NCBI RefSeq assembly: GCF_008000775.2
Contig: NZ_CP042905.2
Location: 780,001-812,000 of the forward strand
Direction of reading: 5' to 3'
DNA: 32,000 bases
Origin: Promethearchaeum syntrophicum
GTDB taxonomy: Archaea; Asgardarchaeota; Lokiarchaeia; Sigyniarchaeales; Promethearchaeaceae
Each line of letters starts with the position of its first letter. Positions within the stretch are counted from its first letter, which is position 1. Positions 24,206 through 32,000 of the stretch are shown here, piece after piece. Under the pieces are notes generated by a model, which searched no databases, had not been told where the DNA came from, and worked only from the letters and a program-made list of their open reading frames with translations. Made by a program: the position numbers and the translations under genes.

Positions 24206-25771
24206 CTACCAATATCTTTTTAATGTAGTGTTTCGGACTACATCAGCTTTAGTGGGATAATCAAGTGTATAATGTGAACCTCGACTTTCTTTACGTGCCA
24301 TTGCACTTTCCACGATTAATCGTGCTACGGTTAGAAGATTTCGTAGTTCGATTAAATCGCTGGTAATTTTGAAATTCCAATAATAGGAATTTACCTCATC
24401 GTGAAGTAGTGTGATTCGGTGTCTAGCCCGTAGAAGGTAACTATCTGAACGAATAATTGAGGCATAATATTGCATGGTTGCTCGAATTTCTTGCCAATTT
24501 GAAGTGATTACAAAAGCTTCCTTGGAATCTTCAACATTATGAGAAATCCATTCATTGATTTCTAATTCACATAATGGCATATTTTTATAGGTTTGACCAA
24601 TATAATTCCCACATTCATACCCACATACCAGTCCTTCCAGCAAAGAATTGCTTGCTAATCGATTTGCTCCGTGAAGTCCAGTGTAAGTAGACTCTCCTAC
24701 AGCAAATAATCCCGGTACGGATGTTTTTCCTTCGACACTTGCTTTGATTCCACCGCAACAATAATGGGCTGCTGGAACTACGGGAATTGGATCGGTTGTA
24801 ATATCAATATTAAATTCCTTCGCTTTATGATAAGTGCCTGGAAATCTTTTTTTTATATATTTCGGATCTTTGAAAGATATATCTAAGTAAACATAATCAT
24901 CTCCAGTTTCTTTTAGAATTTTATCAATGGCTCGGGACACAATATCACGAGGTGCCAATTCTTTTTGAGGATGAATACCATCCATAAATCTATCTCCTTG
25001 AATTGTTTTCAATATAGCACCTTCCCCGCGTAGTGCTTCAGAAACAAGGAAATTTTTAGCAAGTGGGTGATAGAGACAAGTTGGATGGAATTGAATCATT
25101 TCCATGTTGGATATTTCTGCACCAATCCGCCAAGCCATTGCAATTCCATCACCCGAAGCTACATCGGGATTGCTCGTATAAAGATATACTTTTCCACAAC
25201 CTCCTGTAGCTAAAACTGTAGCTTTTGCTTGAATTGTATAAATTTTTTGATTTTTATTGTTTAGAACATATGCTCCTACACATTTCCCTTTTTTTTCAAT
25301 GAGATTAATTGCAACTTGTTCTGTTCGAAATTCTAAGTTTGGTAATGAGCGTGCTTTTTCAATTAATACCTCTAAAATTGAGCTTCCTGTGAGATCTCCC
25401 GTATGCAGAACTCGGCGAGTATGATGGCCACCTTCTTGACCTAAATCAAAATCACCATTACTTTTTTTATCAAAATTTACCCCCCATTCGATTAATTGTT
25501 GTAAACGTTCAGTTCCATGGTTAACTACAAATTCAACAACATCTTTATCGCAGAGGTCATCTCCGGCAATTAATGTATCTTGAATATGACCTTCATAATC
25601 TTTGCTCCATGGGCCCGAAGATGCAATTCCGCCTGCTGCATAAAATGTATTACTATCTTCATAACCACTTTTTAATAAAAGGAGGACTTTTCCAAATTTC
25701 TGTAATTCAATTGCAGTGGAAAGCCCAGAAATTCCTGCGCCGATTATAAGAAAATCGATTTTTTCGATCAT
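24206..25771 (-). CDS. nadB: L-aspartate oxidase
   Basis: 521 aa. FAD-binding DFLIIGAGISGLS, QFHPT, AAHYCCGGI, GLFAVGESTYTGLHGANRLASNSLLEG and RKESRGSHY are the canonical NadB / succinate dehydrogenase flavoprotein family motifs, and the length is that of NadB. Confidence 0.9.
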   Translation of the reverse strand: MIEKIDFLIIGAGISGLSTAIELQKFGKVLLLLKSGYEDSNTFYAAGGIASSGPWSKDYEGHIQDTLIAGDDLCDKDVVEFVVNHGTERLQQLIEWGVNFDKKSNGDFDLGQEGGHHTRRVLHTGDLTGSSILEVLIEKARSLPNLEFRTEQVAINLIEKKGKCVGAYVLNNKNQKIYTIQAKATVLATGGCGKVYLYTSNPDVASGDGIAMAWRIGAEISNMEMIQFHPTCLYHPLAKNFLVSEALRGEGAILKTIQGDRFMDGIHPQKELAPRDIVSRAIDKILKETGDDYVYLDISFKDPKYIKKRFPGTYHKAKEFNIDITTDPIPVVPAAHYCCGGIKASVEGKTSVPGLFAVGESTYTGLHGANRLASNSLLEGLVCGYECGNYIGQTYKNMPLCELEINEWISHNVEDSKEAFVITSNWQEIRATMQYYASIIRSDSYLLRARHRITLLHDEVNSYYWNFKITSDLIELRNLLTVARLIVESAMARKESRGSHYTLDYPTKADVVRNTTLKRYW

Positions 25772-25852
25772 TAATTATATGTGCCATTTTGTTCTATAAA
25801 ACATAACCAAAAAAATAATATAAATCTAAAAGATAAATCTAGACTGATAGAT

Positions 25853-26212
25853 TTGATAAATATTAGCGTTATAGTTCAGCTATCTTCAATTCGACCAATT
25901 ATTAAGATGCCTCAGAATCTTAGGTTCCCGGATGGAACAAATGTAATTGATATTATTGGATATTTGGATGATAAGTATCAAAAAATAATTGAAAACGATA
26001 AAAAATCACATGCTATGGATTTTTTAGAAAAAAAAATTCGTTCCATTCTGCAATTACTATGGAATCCCGAAACAGAACAATTTTATGAAGATGTCGGTTT
26101 AGAGGCAAGATTGCCATCACAAACAGGAGATACGGTTCCAATTGAAAAAAATTGGCGCGTTGAAATACCGGATCAAACTTGGCTTGTTCTAACTCCTGAT
26201 GCTGGGTGTTGA
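25853..26212 (+). CDS. Hypothetical small protein, possibly a MoaD/ThiS-like beta-grasp fold, ending in ...TPDAGC rather than GG
   Basis: With TTG 25853 the N-terminus MINISVIVQLSSIRPIIKMPQNLRFPDGTNVIDIIGYL resembles the MoaD pattern (MkvkVklFa.lre..g..e.elelpeGaTv.dLl..L). The C-terminus VEIPDQTWLVLTPDAGC resembles l.dGDevai.PPv.GG. Start choice is uncertain (GTG 25781, TTG 25853, ATG 25907). Confidence 0.35.
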   Translation: MINISVIVQLSSIRPIIKMPQNLRFPDGTNVIDIIGYLDDKYQKIIENDKKSHAMDFLEKKIRSILQLLWNPETEQFYEDVGLEARLPSQTGDTVPIEKNWRVEIPDQTWLVLTPDAGC

Positions 26213-26508
26213 TGAAATACAATGGGTGAACGGCTGGAACCAGATGATTTTATCTTAAAATTGGAACAAACTTTAGGAAAAATTAATCCTAACCATCCAA
26301 CATTGGAAATATATCGTCGAATTTATAACAAAAAGTAAAAACATTATCGAATGATCATATTAAACAAACTTCGTTAATATGGGACGCTATTTGCACCATA
26401 GGATGATTTTACTTTCCTTTTTTTAAAAAATTTTCTAAAAATTAATTTTTTTACATTTCAGAAAATAAATTGTTAACCATTTTTATTTGATGTTAGAAAA
26501 AATGAATT

Positions 26509-27321
26509 ATGGAAGAATACAATAATTGGCTTATTGAAGAACAAAGTGGGATTTTTTGGGCAAAATTAAACCGCGCGGATAAAATGAATGCTTTTAATCA
26601 AGAAGTGGCCGAAGAACTGAATAAAATTATAATGTATGTTAAAAATACTCCTTCAATAAAGGTTTTCGTAATCGGTACTGCATCTGATGATTACTTTTCT
26701 GCTGGAGCAGATGTTGATTGGTTTATGAAAATTAATGGACCAGAAGCAGTTGATGTTTCCTATCAAGTGCATCAAGTTTTTGGAAATTTAGAGAGATTGT
26801 CAATTCCAGTTATAGCTGCTGTTAAAGGATTATGCCTTACTGCCGGATTAGAGTTAATTATGTGTAGTGATATGATATATGCTGCAGAAAATGCTAAATT
26901 TGGCCAAATAGAATGTAGATTTGGAATTACACCAGGTGGTGGAGGTACACAACGCCTTACTCGTTTGGTTGGACCATTGAAAGCAAAAGAACTAATCTAT
27001 TTAGGAAGAATTATAAGCTCACAAGAGGCAGCAAAAATTGGATTAGTTAACGCTGTGTTTGAATTAGAAGATTTTGATACGAAAATTAATAAAATCTGTC
27101 GAAAAATCATTTTAAATTCCTCAGAAGCTATTCGGGAATGTAAATTTATGATACAACAAGCAACTTATATCAACGATACTGGTTTTCAGAGAGAAGAAAT
27201 TGTCTTTGGAAAACGATTTGCTTCAGGCGAACCAAATGAACGTCTATCATTTATGAAAGCTCAACAAAAAAGAGAGAAAAGAAAAGAAGAGCGTTTAAAG
27301 AAGAAAAAACAAGAAAATTAA
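26509..27321 (+). CDS. Enoyl-CoA hydratase/isomerase (crotonase) family protein with a Lys/Arg/Glu-rich C-terminal tail
   Basis: FSAGADV, PVIAAVKGLCLTAGLELIMCSDMIYAAENAKFGQIECRFGITPGGGGTQRL (the oxyanion-hole and catalytic-Glu region). 270 aa. Confidence 0.85.
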   Translation: MEEYNNWLIEEQSGIFWAKLNRADKMNAFNQEVAEELNKIIMYVKNTPSIKVFVIGTASDDYFSAGADVDWFMKINGPEAVDVSYQVHQVFGNLERLSIPVIAAVKGLCLTAGLELIMCSDMIYAAENAKFGQIECRFGITPGGGGTQRLTRLVGPLKAKELIYLGRIISSQEAAKIGLVNAVFELEDFDTKINKICRKIILNSSEAIRECKFMIQQATYINDTGFQREEIVFGKRFASGEPNERLSFMKAQQKREKRKEERLKKKKQEN

Positions 27322-27438
27322 ATTTAAAAATCAAAAAATTTAGTTAAAACTACAAAGAACTCTTTTAAGAAAACCTACGCTTATTTTCTTAGAATATAGA
27401 TTTTTTCAAAATATATATAAAAATTTGGTGAATTATAA

Positions 27439-28695
27439 ATGGAATACTTCAAAGGTGTTGAAATTCTCGATGAAAAAATTAAACCAAAAGTTTCAACAGA
27501 GAATATTTACAAAATCTTCAATGAATTCATCTATCCTTTAATTAGTAAGGAAGAACAAACGTTTTTAAAAGAAGTTGAAGAATTTTTACTGAAAGAAATC
27601 GAACCCAAAATCGACTATGCAAAAGATGTTTATGATCTATTTCCCATTCTTGGAAAGAAAAATTATATGCAGCGTTTGAATCCTTATGGTGATTCAAAGC
27701 ATTTTGGAATGCGATATGAACTCTTGTTAGCTATGGCTGTTTCAATAATGGATCCTGAACTTGATTTGGCACGAGTTGTTTCAGGTTTAATTTTTACGAA
27801 TCCAATATTCCAACATGGAAAAAATGCGCGTATGCAAGAGATATTGGCAGATGTATTATCTGGGAATAAAATTGGATGTATCTGCATTACTGAAACTACC
27901 CAAGGTTCCGATGCCGTAAATATGAAAACAACCGTCAAAGAAGATTCCGATTATATTTCGGTATCTGGAGAAAAAATATTTACAACTAACGGACCTAAAG
28001 CGGATTATTTTATTGTTTATGCTGTATCCGATATTGCTGATCCACGTAAAACTATGTTTCAAGCAATTGCTGAACGAAAATTTGGAGGTTTGGAGACCCA
28101 TAGATTAAACATTAATGCAGTACCACGAGTTCATATTGGCCAAACCCTTTTTAATTCGGTTAAAATTCCTAAGGAAAATATAATTGGAGGGGCGGGTCAA
28201 GGTTATTCAAATCTGTTCTCTGGTTTAGTGGCTGAGAGAGGAGATATTGTAGGATCAAGCTTGGGAGTAAGTTGGTTATCACTTATTACTGCTTTTATTT
28301 ATACAAATTTCCGTGAACAATTCAAAAAACCAATTTATTCATTTGAAGGAGTCGCATTTCCTATGAGTGATTTATTCTCAGAATTAATGGCTGCTACTAC
28401 ATTAGGGCTTCATATGGGCTCAGAATATAAGAAATTAGTAGAGAAACCCGAGTATAAATTCATTAGATACAATGCGGCTCTAAGTTCAGGTGTAAAAACT
28501 GTAGTTTCGCGTTTATCTCATAAAATTGCTTATGAAGCTCAGCATTTATGTGGCGGTGTTGCTTATACCGATAATCTTCGAATGGATCGTACATTAGAAG
28601 TTAGCCGAATTCAGGAAGTTATTGGTGGATCCCGGAATATTCAAAGCTTTTTGGTAAGTCGTGTAATTAAAGATATTTTAAAGAAATTAGATTGA
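27439..28695 (+). CDS. Acyl-CoA dehydrogenase family protein
   Basis: CITETTQGSDA, FTTNGPKADYFIVYA, GQGYSNLFSGLVAERGDI and CGGVAYTDN..MDR form the typical ACAD three-domain pattern. A GGTGA Shine-Dalgarno-like motif lies just upstream of the ATG. Confidence 0.85.
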   Translation: MEYFKGVEILDEKIKPKVSTENIYKIFNEFIYPLISKEEQTFLKEVEEFLLKEIEPKIDYAKDVYDLFPILGKKNYMQRLNPYGDSKHFGMRYELLLAMAVSIMDPELDLARVVSGLIFTNPIFQHGKNARMQEILADVLSGNKIGCICITETTQGSDAVNMKTTVKEDSDYISVSGEKIFTTNGPKADYFIVYAVSDIADPRKTMFQAIAERKFGGLETHRLNINAVPRVHIGQTLFNSVKIPKENIIGGAGQGYSNLFSGLVAERGDIVGSSLGVSWLSLITAFIYTNFREQFKKPIYSFEGVAFPMSDLFSELMAATTLGLHMGSEYKKLVEKPEYKFIRYNAALSSGVKTVVSRLSHKIAYEAQHLCGGVAYTDNLRMDRTLEVSRIQEVIGGSRNIQSFLVSRVIKDILKKLD

Positions 28696-28696
28696 A

Positions 28697-28723
28697 TTTT
28701 TTTTTTAGTTTTTTATATTTTTT
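28697..28723 (+). terminator. Three oligo-T tracts (T10, T6, T6) right after the acyl-CoA dehydrogenase stop, a candidate terminator
   Basis: tga-a-tttttttttt-ag-tttttt-atatttttt, read directly. Archaeal termination at oligo-dT is established. Confidence 0.35.
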
Positions 28724-28814
28724 GGTAGAGGGGGATTTTGAGTCCACATTTTAAGACATTTCTGATCTAAATGCAATAAGAGATTATTTATAGATTAAGC
28801 ACAAATTATCATTC

Positions 28815-30215
28815 ATGGCGGATTTAACAAAAAAAATTACACGTCGTACAAAATTGGCTTTTGCCACGGGTGAAATTGGCGATAATCTTGCATATCAATC
28901 ATTTTCTTTTTTGGTATTTACCTTCTATTTCACTTATGTGAAATTAGATGTTGGATGGATCACCGGAGGATTTATAATTTGGAGCTTGTGGAATTCATTT
29001 AATGATCCAATATTAGGTTGGTTGTCAGACAGAACGAAAAGTAAACTCGGTCGTCGTATTCCTTGGATGATTGCTGGAACGATACCTCTTGCTTTAGTCA
29101 TGGTTTTTATGTTTACTCCACCGCTTTTAAGCGATGATGTAGTAAAATTTATTTATTTTCTCCTGATGTTAGTTGTGTTCGATTTTGCTTATACCAGTTT
29201 CAATGTTAATTATAATTCAATGTTTTCAGAAATGTTCATATCAATGGAAGAACGTAGTAAGGTGGGCCAATTACGTATTGTTTTTGCCATTGCTGGAGTG
29301 GCTATTGGCTTTGTTGCCCCGACCTTCATAATAACTGATCTCACAAATCAATTTGAATACGATAATACTCAAAATCAATTCATTCTTAATGGAATAATCG
29401 CAGGAATCATAATATGTATTATGTATTTTATAACCATCAAATGGGGAACTAGAAAACCTGCAGAGTTCTCAAATGATGCCATAAATGCGCCATCTTTCAA
29501 AGAGTCTTTGAAGTATACTCTTGGCAATAAAGCTTTTTTAATCTATTTAATACCCGCATTAGGAACATGGATTGTGATCGGTATCCTACCAGCAGTAATT
29601 CCTCTATGGGCAACCCATGTGCTAGGGGTCACAGAAGAAAACTCAATTTTAACCGGAGTATTACTTCTAATAACATTTCTGGTAAGTGGTTTTAGTACAC
29701 CTATTTGGGTCAAAATCCGCCAAAAATGGGGAGCTCGGATGGCTGGCCTTGCTGGAGTTGGTACATGGGCAATTACCGTCTTAAGCTTTTATTTTGCATT
29801 TGATTTTCCCACTGCTGTAATTACTATGATTTTAAATGGTCTTGGATTGGGTGGTTCTCTTTATTTTTATGATCAGTGTTTAGCTGAAATTATTGATGAA
29901 GATGAGCTTAAGCAAGGTGTTCGTAGAAGTGGCGGTTATTATGGAATGATAAATTTTGTAATCCGTTTAAGCGGTATTATTAATTTCTTAATGATTGGGA
30001 TTGTATTTACTGGTTCTGAATGGGAAACTTACACCCCAAACCCTTCGATTGACACATTAACCGGAATTCGGTTTCTTTTAAGTTGGTTCCCGTTTATTGT
30101 ATTAATTCTTAGTTTTATTGGGCTTTGGTTTTATCCAATTAAGGGAGAACGATTAAAAGAAAATCGAAAACGTTTAACCGAATTGCACACCAAAAAAAGA
30201 GAAGAAAAAATCTAA
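28815..30215 (+). CDS. MFS transporter, glycoside-pentoside-hexuronide (GPH):cation symporter family
   Basis: 466 aa with about 12 TM segments. NDPILGWLSDRTKSKLGRRIPWMIAG is the GPH signature (D-R-T-x4-G-R/K-x-R-P). Confidence 0.85.
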   Translation: MADLTKKITRRTKLAFATGEIGDNLAYQSFSFLVFTFYFTYVKLDVGWITGGFIIWSLWNSFNDPILGWLSDRTKSKLGRRIPWMIAGTIPLALVMVFMFTPPLLSDDVVKFIYFLLMLVVFDFAYTSFNVNYNSMFSEMFISMEERSKVGQLRIVFAIAGVAIGFVAPTFIITDLTNQFEYDNTQNQFILNGIIAGIIICIMYFITIKWGTRKPAEFSNDAINAPSFKESLKYTLGNKAFLIYLIPALGTWIVIGILPAVIPLWATHVLGVTEENSILTGVLLLITFLVSGFSTPIWVKIRQKWGARMAGLAGVGTWAITVLSFYFAFDFPTAVITMILNGLGLGGSLYFYDQCLAEIIDEDELKQGVRRSGGYYGMINFVIRLSGIINFLMIGIVFTGSEWETYTPNPSIDTLTGIRFLLSWFPFIVLILSFIGLWFYPIKGERLKENRKRLTELHTKKREEKI

Positions 30216-30937
30216 GGATTTTGTTTTACTGGAAGACCTTTTTTTGCATTTATAACCCATTCGGTAATAATCAAAGCTAATAACGGCAAACCAAATAAGA
30301 CCCAGTGAGGATTTCCTAGATTAATTGTAGATTCCCCCCAAAGTAAAGGTTTTTCACTCGGTGAATGAGAAATGATCCCATTACTCACGTTTACATCATA
30401 ATTATCGCTTCTAATCCATTGACTATTACCTAATATAAAACGATAATCTCCATCAGGTAAATAAGGATTTGATTCAGGAACGCTACCATTAAAATTTAAT
30501 AATCCTCCCGTCAATTGAAAATGATGAATTCCAGGAGAAATTTTAGATGAAGTATAAAACATTATACCCACATCAATTTCAAAGATCCCATAACTCATTA
30601 AGAAAAAAGTAATATTTCCGGATTGTATGATCGAATACGGAAAACAAAACGAACCAATATTTGTTGGATATTGAATGCGGAAAGGTCCTGGATTCCAAAT
30701 TTCGAAATCAATTGTAAAATCAACGGAAGTTTCATTAGAATCTATAAAATCTTCCCAATTTGTTTTATTAGTAAATTCAATAGATTCAATCCAAGCAGAG
30801 AGATGATTATCATCATCCAGATCTAAGAAATTAAAATGACCACTATAATTAGAAACCAGTGATACAATAATGAATAATATTAGTAAGGTTAAATCAATTA
30901 TACGGAAATTTTTTCGTCTTAATATAAGTAGTTTCAT
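30212..30937 (-). CDS. Hypothetical membrane-anchored protein (N-terminal TM, beta-rich extracytoplasmic middle, C-terminal TM)
   Basis: I prefer ATG 30937, which is preceded by a GGTGA SD-like motif 8 nt upstream, over GTG 30949. Hydrophobic segments lie at both ends. Confidence 0.55.
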   Translation of the reverse strand: MKLLILRRKNFRIIDLTLLILFIIVSLVSNYSGHFNFLDLDDDNHLSAWIESIEFTNKTNWEDFIDSNETSVDFTIDFEIWNPGPFRIQYPTNIGSFCFPYSIIQSGNITFFLMSYGIFEIDVGIMFYTSSKISPGIHHFQLTGGLLNFNGSVPESNPYLPDGDYRFILGNSQWIRSDNYDVNVSNGIISHSPSEKPLLWGESTINLGNPHWVLFGLPLLALIITEWVINAKKGLPVKQNP

Positions 30938-31082
30938 AAGAAAATTCACCTTATATTGAAATATATTATATTTATGTTAATCTATTATAAAAATATTAGT
31001 GAAAATCTCATTTTTGTCAATAAAGTAGACAAATTATTGACTTGAAAAAATAATTAAAAACTATTGAATTATTCATAACTTA

Positions 31083-31730
31083 ATGATAAAAGAAGAATAT
31101 CTAACAAAAGAGAACCATCTTGAAAAAATTAAAGATTGGAAAAATAAAATAAGTAAAATTCGAGGATATAAGAAAATTCATTTTGAAATAGAAAAGTCTG
31201 CTTTACTCGTATTAGATATGCAGAACGTTTTTTTATCTCCGTCTTCTCATGCTTTTATCCCATCTAGTTTAGTTCTTCTACCAATCATTAACTCACTAAT
31301 TAATCATTTTGAGAATTGCCATCGTCCGATTTTCTTTACCCGTCATATAACATGTGAGGATGAGAAAGATATAATGTTAAAATGGTGGAAATCACCAATA
31401 TCCTTAGATAATCCCGCCTCTTCATTATCTACACAATTAAATTTCGGATCTCATGAAATTCTAATTAAAAGTAAATACAGTGCTTTTATAAACACAAGTT
31501 TAGAGGAAAACTTACGAAAAAATGGGATTAAACAAGTATTAATTACTGGTGCGATGTCACATTTGTGTTGCGAATCAACCGCGCGTGAAGCTTTTATGAA
31601 AAATTTCGAAGTTTTCTATGCTATTGACGGAACAGCAACTTACACTGAATTATTACATAAGGGAACTATGTTTTCACTAACTCATGGATTTGCTGAATGC
31701 ATTACTGCTAAAGACATCATAGGTGTTTAA
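31083..31730 (+). CDS. Isochorismatase-family cysteine hydrolase
   Basis: ALLVLDMQNVF (catalytic Asp region), K in IKSKYSAF, and ITGAMSHLCCESTAREA (nucleophile Cys). Confidence 0.85.
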   Translation: MIKEEYLTKENHLEKIKDWKNKISKIRGYKKIHFEIEKSALLVLDMQNVFLSPSSHAFIPSSLVLLPIINSLINHFENCHRPIFFTRHITCEDEKDIMLKWWKSPISLDNPASSLSTQLNFGSHEILIKSKYSAFINTSLEENLRKNGIKQVLITGAMSHLCCESTAREAFMKNFEVFYAIDGTATYTELLHKGTMFSLTHGFAECITAKDIIGV

Positions 31731-31731
31731 A

Positions 31732-32000
31732 TTGTCAAATTTAAACAAAAATTTTTCTCCTGTTATTATTGTCGGCTGTGGTCCAGCCGGAATTGCAAGT
31801 GCAATTCAATTGAAAAGATCAAATATAGATTTTAAAATAATTTGTAGAAGATTTGGAGGAAATGCTAATAATGCAAATAAAATTGAGAATCTGTTGGGAT
31901 TTCCAGAGGGAATCTCTGGAAAAAACTTCGTAGTTTTATTGAAAAAACATTTTGAGACTTTATTAATCCATTTTACACAAGATATCATACAAAGTATCAG
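31732..32000 (+). CDS. FAD-dependent pyridine nucleotide-disulfide oxidoreductase (thioredoxin reductase-like), 3'-truncated by the window edge
   Basis: Not in the ORF track. TTG 31732 lies 1 nt after the isochorismatase stop, and the frame stays open to nt 32000. The translation MSNLNKNFSPVIIVGCGPAGIASAIQLKR... carries the GxGxxG dinucleotide-binding motif. The track's antisense ORF 31806..31988 is its mirror. Confidence 0.7.
   Translation, partial: MSNLNKNFSPVIIVGCGPAGIASAIQLKRSNIDFKIICRRFGGNANNANKIENLLGFPEGISGKNFVVLLKKHFETLLIHFTQDIIQSI

Noticed and set aside
4886-30826. Other short ORFs nested antisense in larger genes: 4886-5083, 6187-6378, 7149-7349, 7380-7565, 12256-12441, 17820-18014, 22199-22450, 22964-23170, 23591-23890, 26013-26222, 27684-27938, 27856-28101, 30623-30826
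   Set aside because: Each lies wholly or almost wholly inside, and opposite to, a longer CDS with recognisable family motifs. Their low-complexity S/F/I/L/P-rich translations are typical of antisense frames in AT-rich DNA.
24206-31730. nadB plus the isochorismatase (nicotinamidase-like) gene as a NAD biosynthesis/salvage cluster
   Set aside because: The two are separated by ~5 kb of unrelated genes (crotonase, ACAD, transporter). No nadA or nadC is present, and the isochorismatase cannot be assigned to PncA from motifs alone.
31806-31988. 60-aa minus-strand ORF at the right edge
   Set aside because: The plus-strand frame across the same region encodes a GxGxxG Rossmann N-terminus (IIVGCGPAGIASA) starting 1 nt after the previous gene. 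The minus ORF is its antisense shadow.

Overview
AT-rich (roughly 30% G+C by eye) chromosomal segment that looks archaeal. Evidence: a tRNA-Gln with an A1:U72 acceptor pair, an adjacent Nip7 + NOL1/NOP2 gene pair, a Taw2-type wyosine enzyme, a long-type FKBP, and DUF362 and CYTH proteins. Lysine-rich tails on otherwise conserved proteins and several eukaryote-like families fit an Asgard/Lokiarchaeia-like genome, but I cannot establish that from sequence alone. I support about 31 protein-coding genes, one tRNA, a ~1.34-kb tandem gene duplication, a coding 12-nt microsatellite, and a few weak regulatory or ncRNA candidates. Both window edges cut a CDS that the ORF track mis-starts (left) or misses (right). 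I see no CRISPR array, integrase, transposase, phage genes or rRNA. Most content is housekeeping or metabolic: LarC, an ABC-2 exporter, NadB, crotonase + acyl-CoA dehydrogenase, a GPH transporter, OsmC, a HAD phosphatase and an isochorismatase. The items most worth follow-up are: (1) a 459-aa protein whose N-terminal half matches the IFT52/GldG 'GIFT' domain motif by eye and is fused to an RHH-like segment and a Lys-rich tail; (2) a nuclease-less Type ISP/MmeI-like N6-adenine methyltransferase tightly coupled to two Eis-family acetyltransferase paralogues and a double-GNAT gene, where the duplication carried along a decayed copy of the methyltransferase 3' end; (3) an FKBP/SlyD-like PPIase with a 10x xTKK histone-H1-like N-terminal tail and a His-rich C-terminal tail; (4) a NikR-architecture RHH protein next to larC that seems to have lost the nickel ligands; (5) a HAD phosphatase whose catalytic DxDGT motif lies upstream of every canonical start codon. 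All functional calls are by-eye motif recognition with no database search, and confidences are set accordingly.
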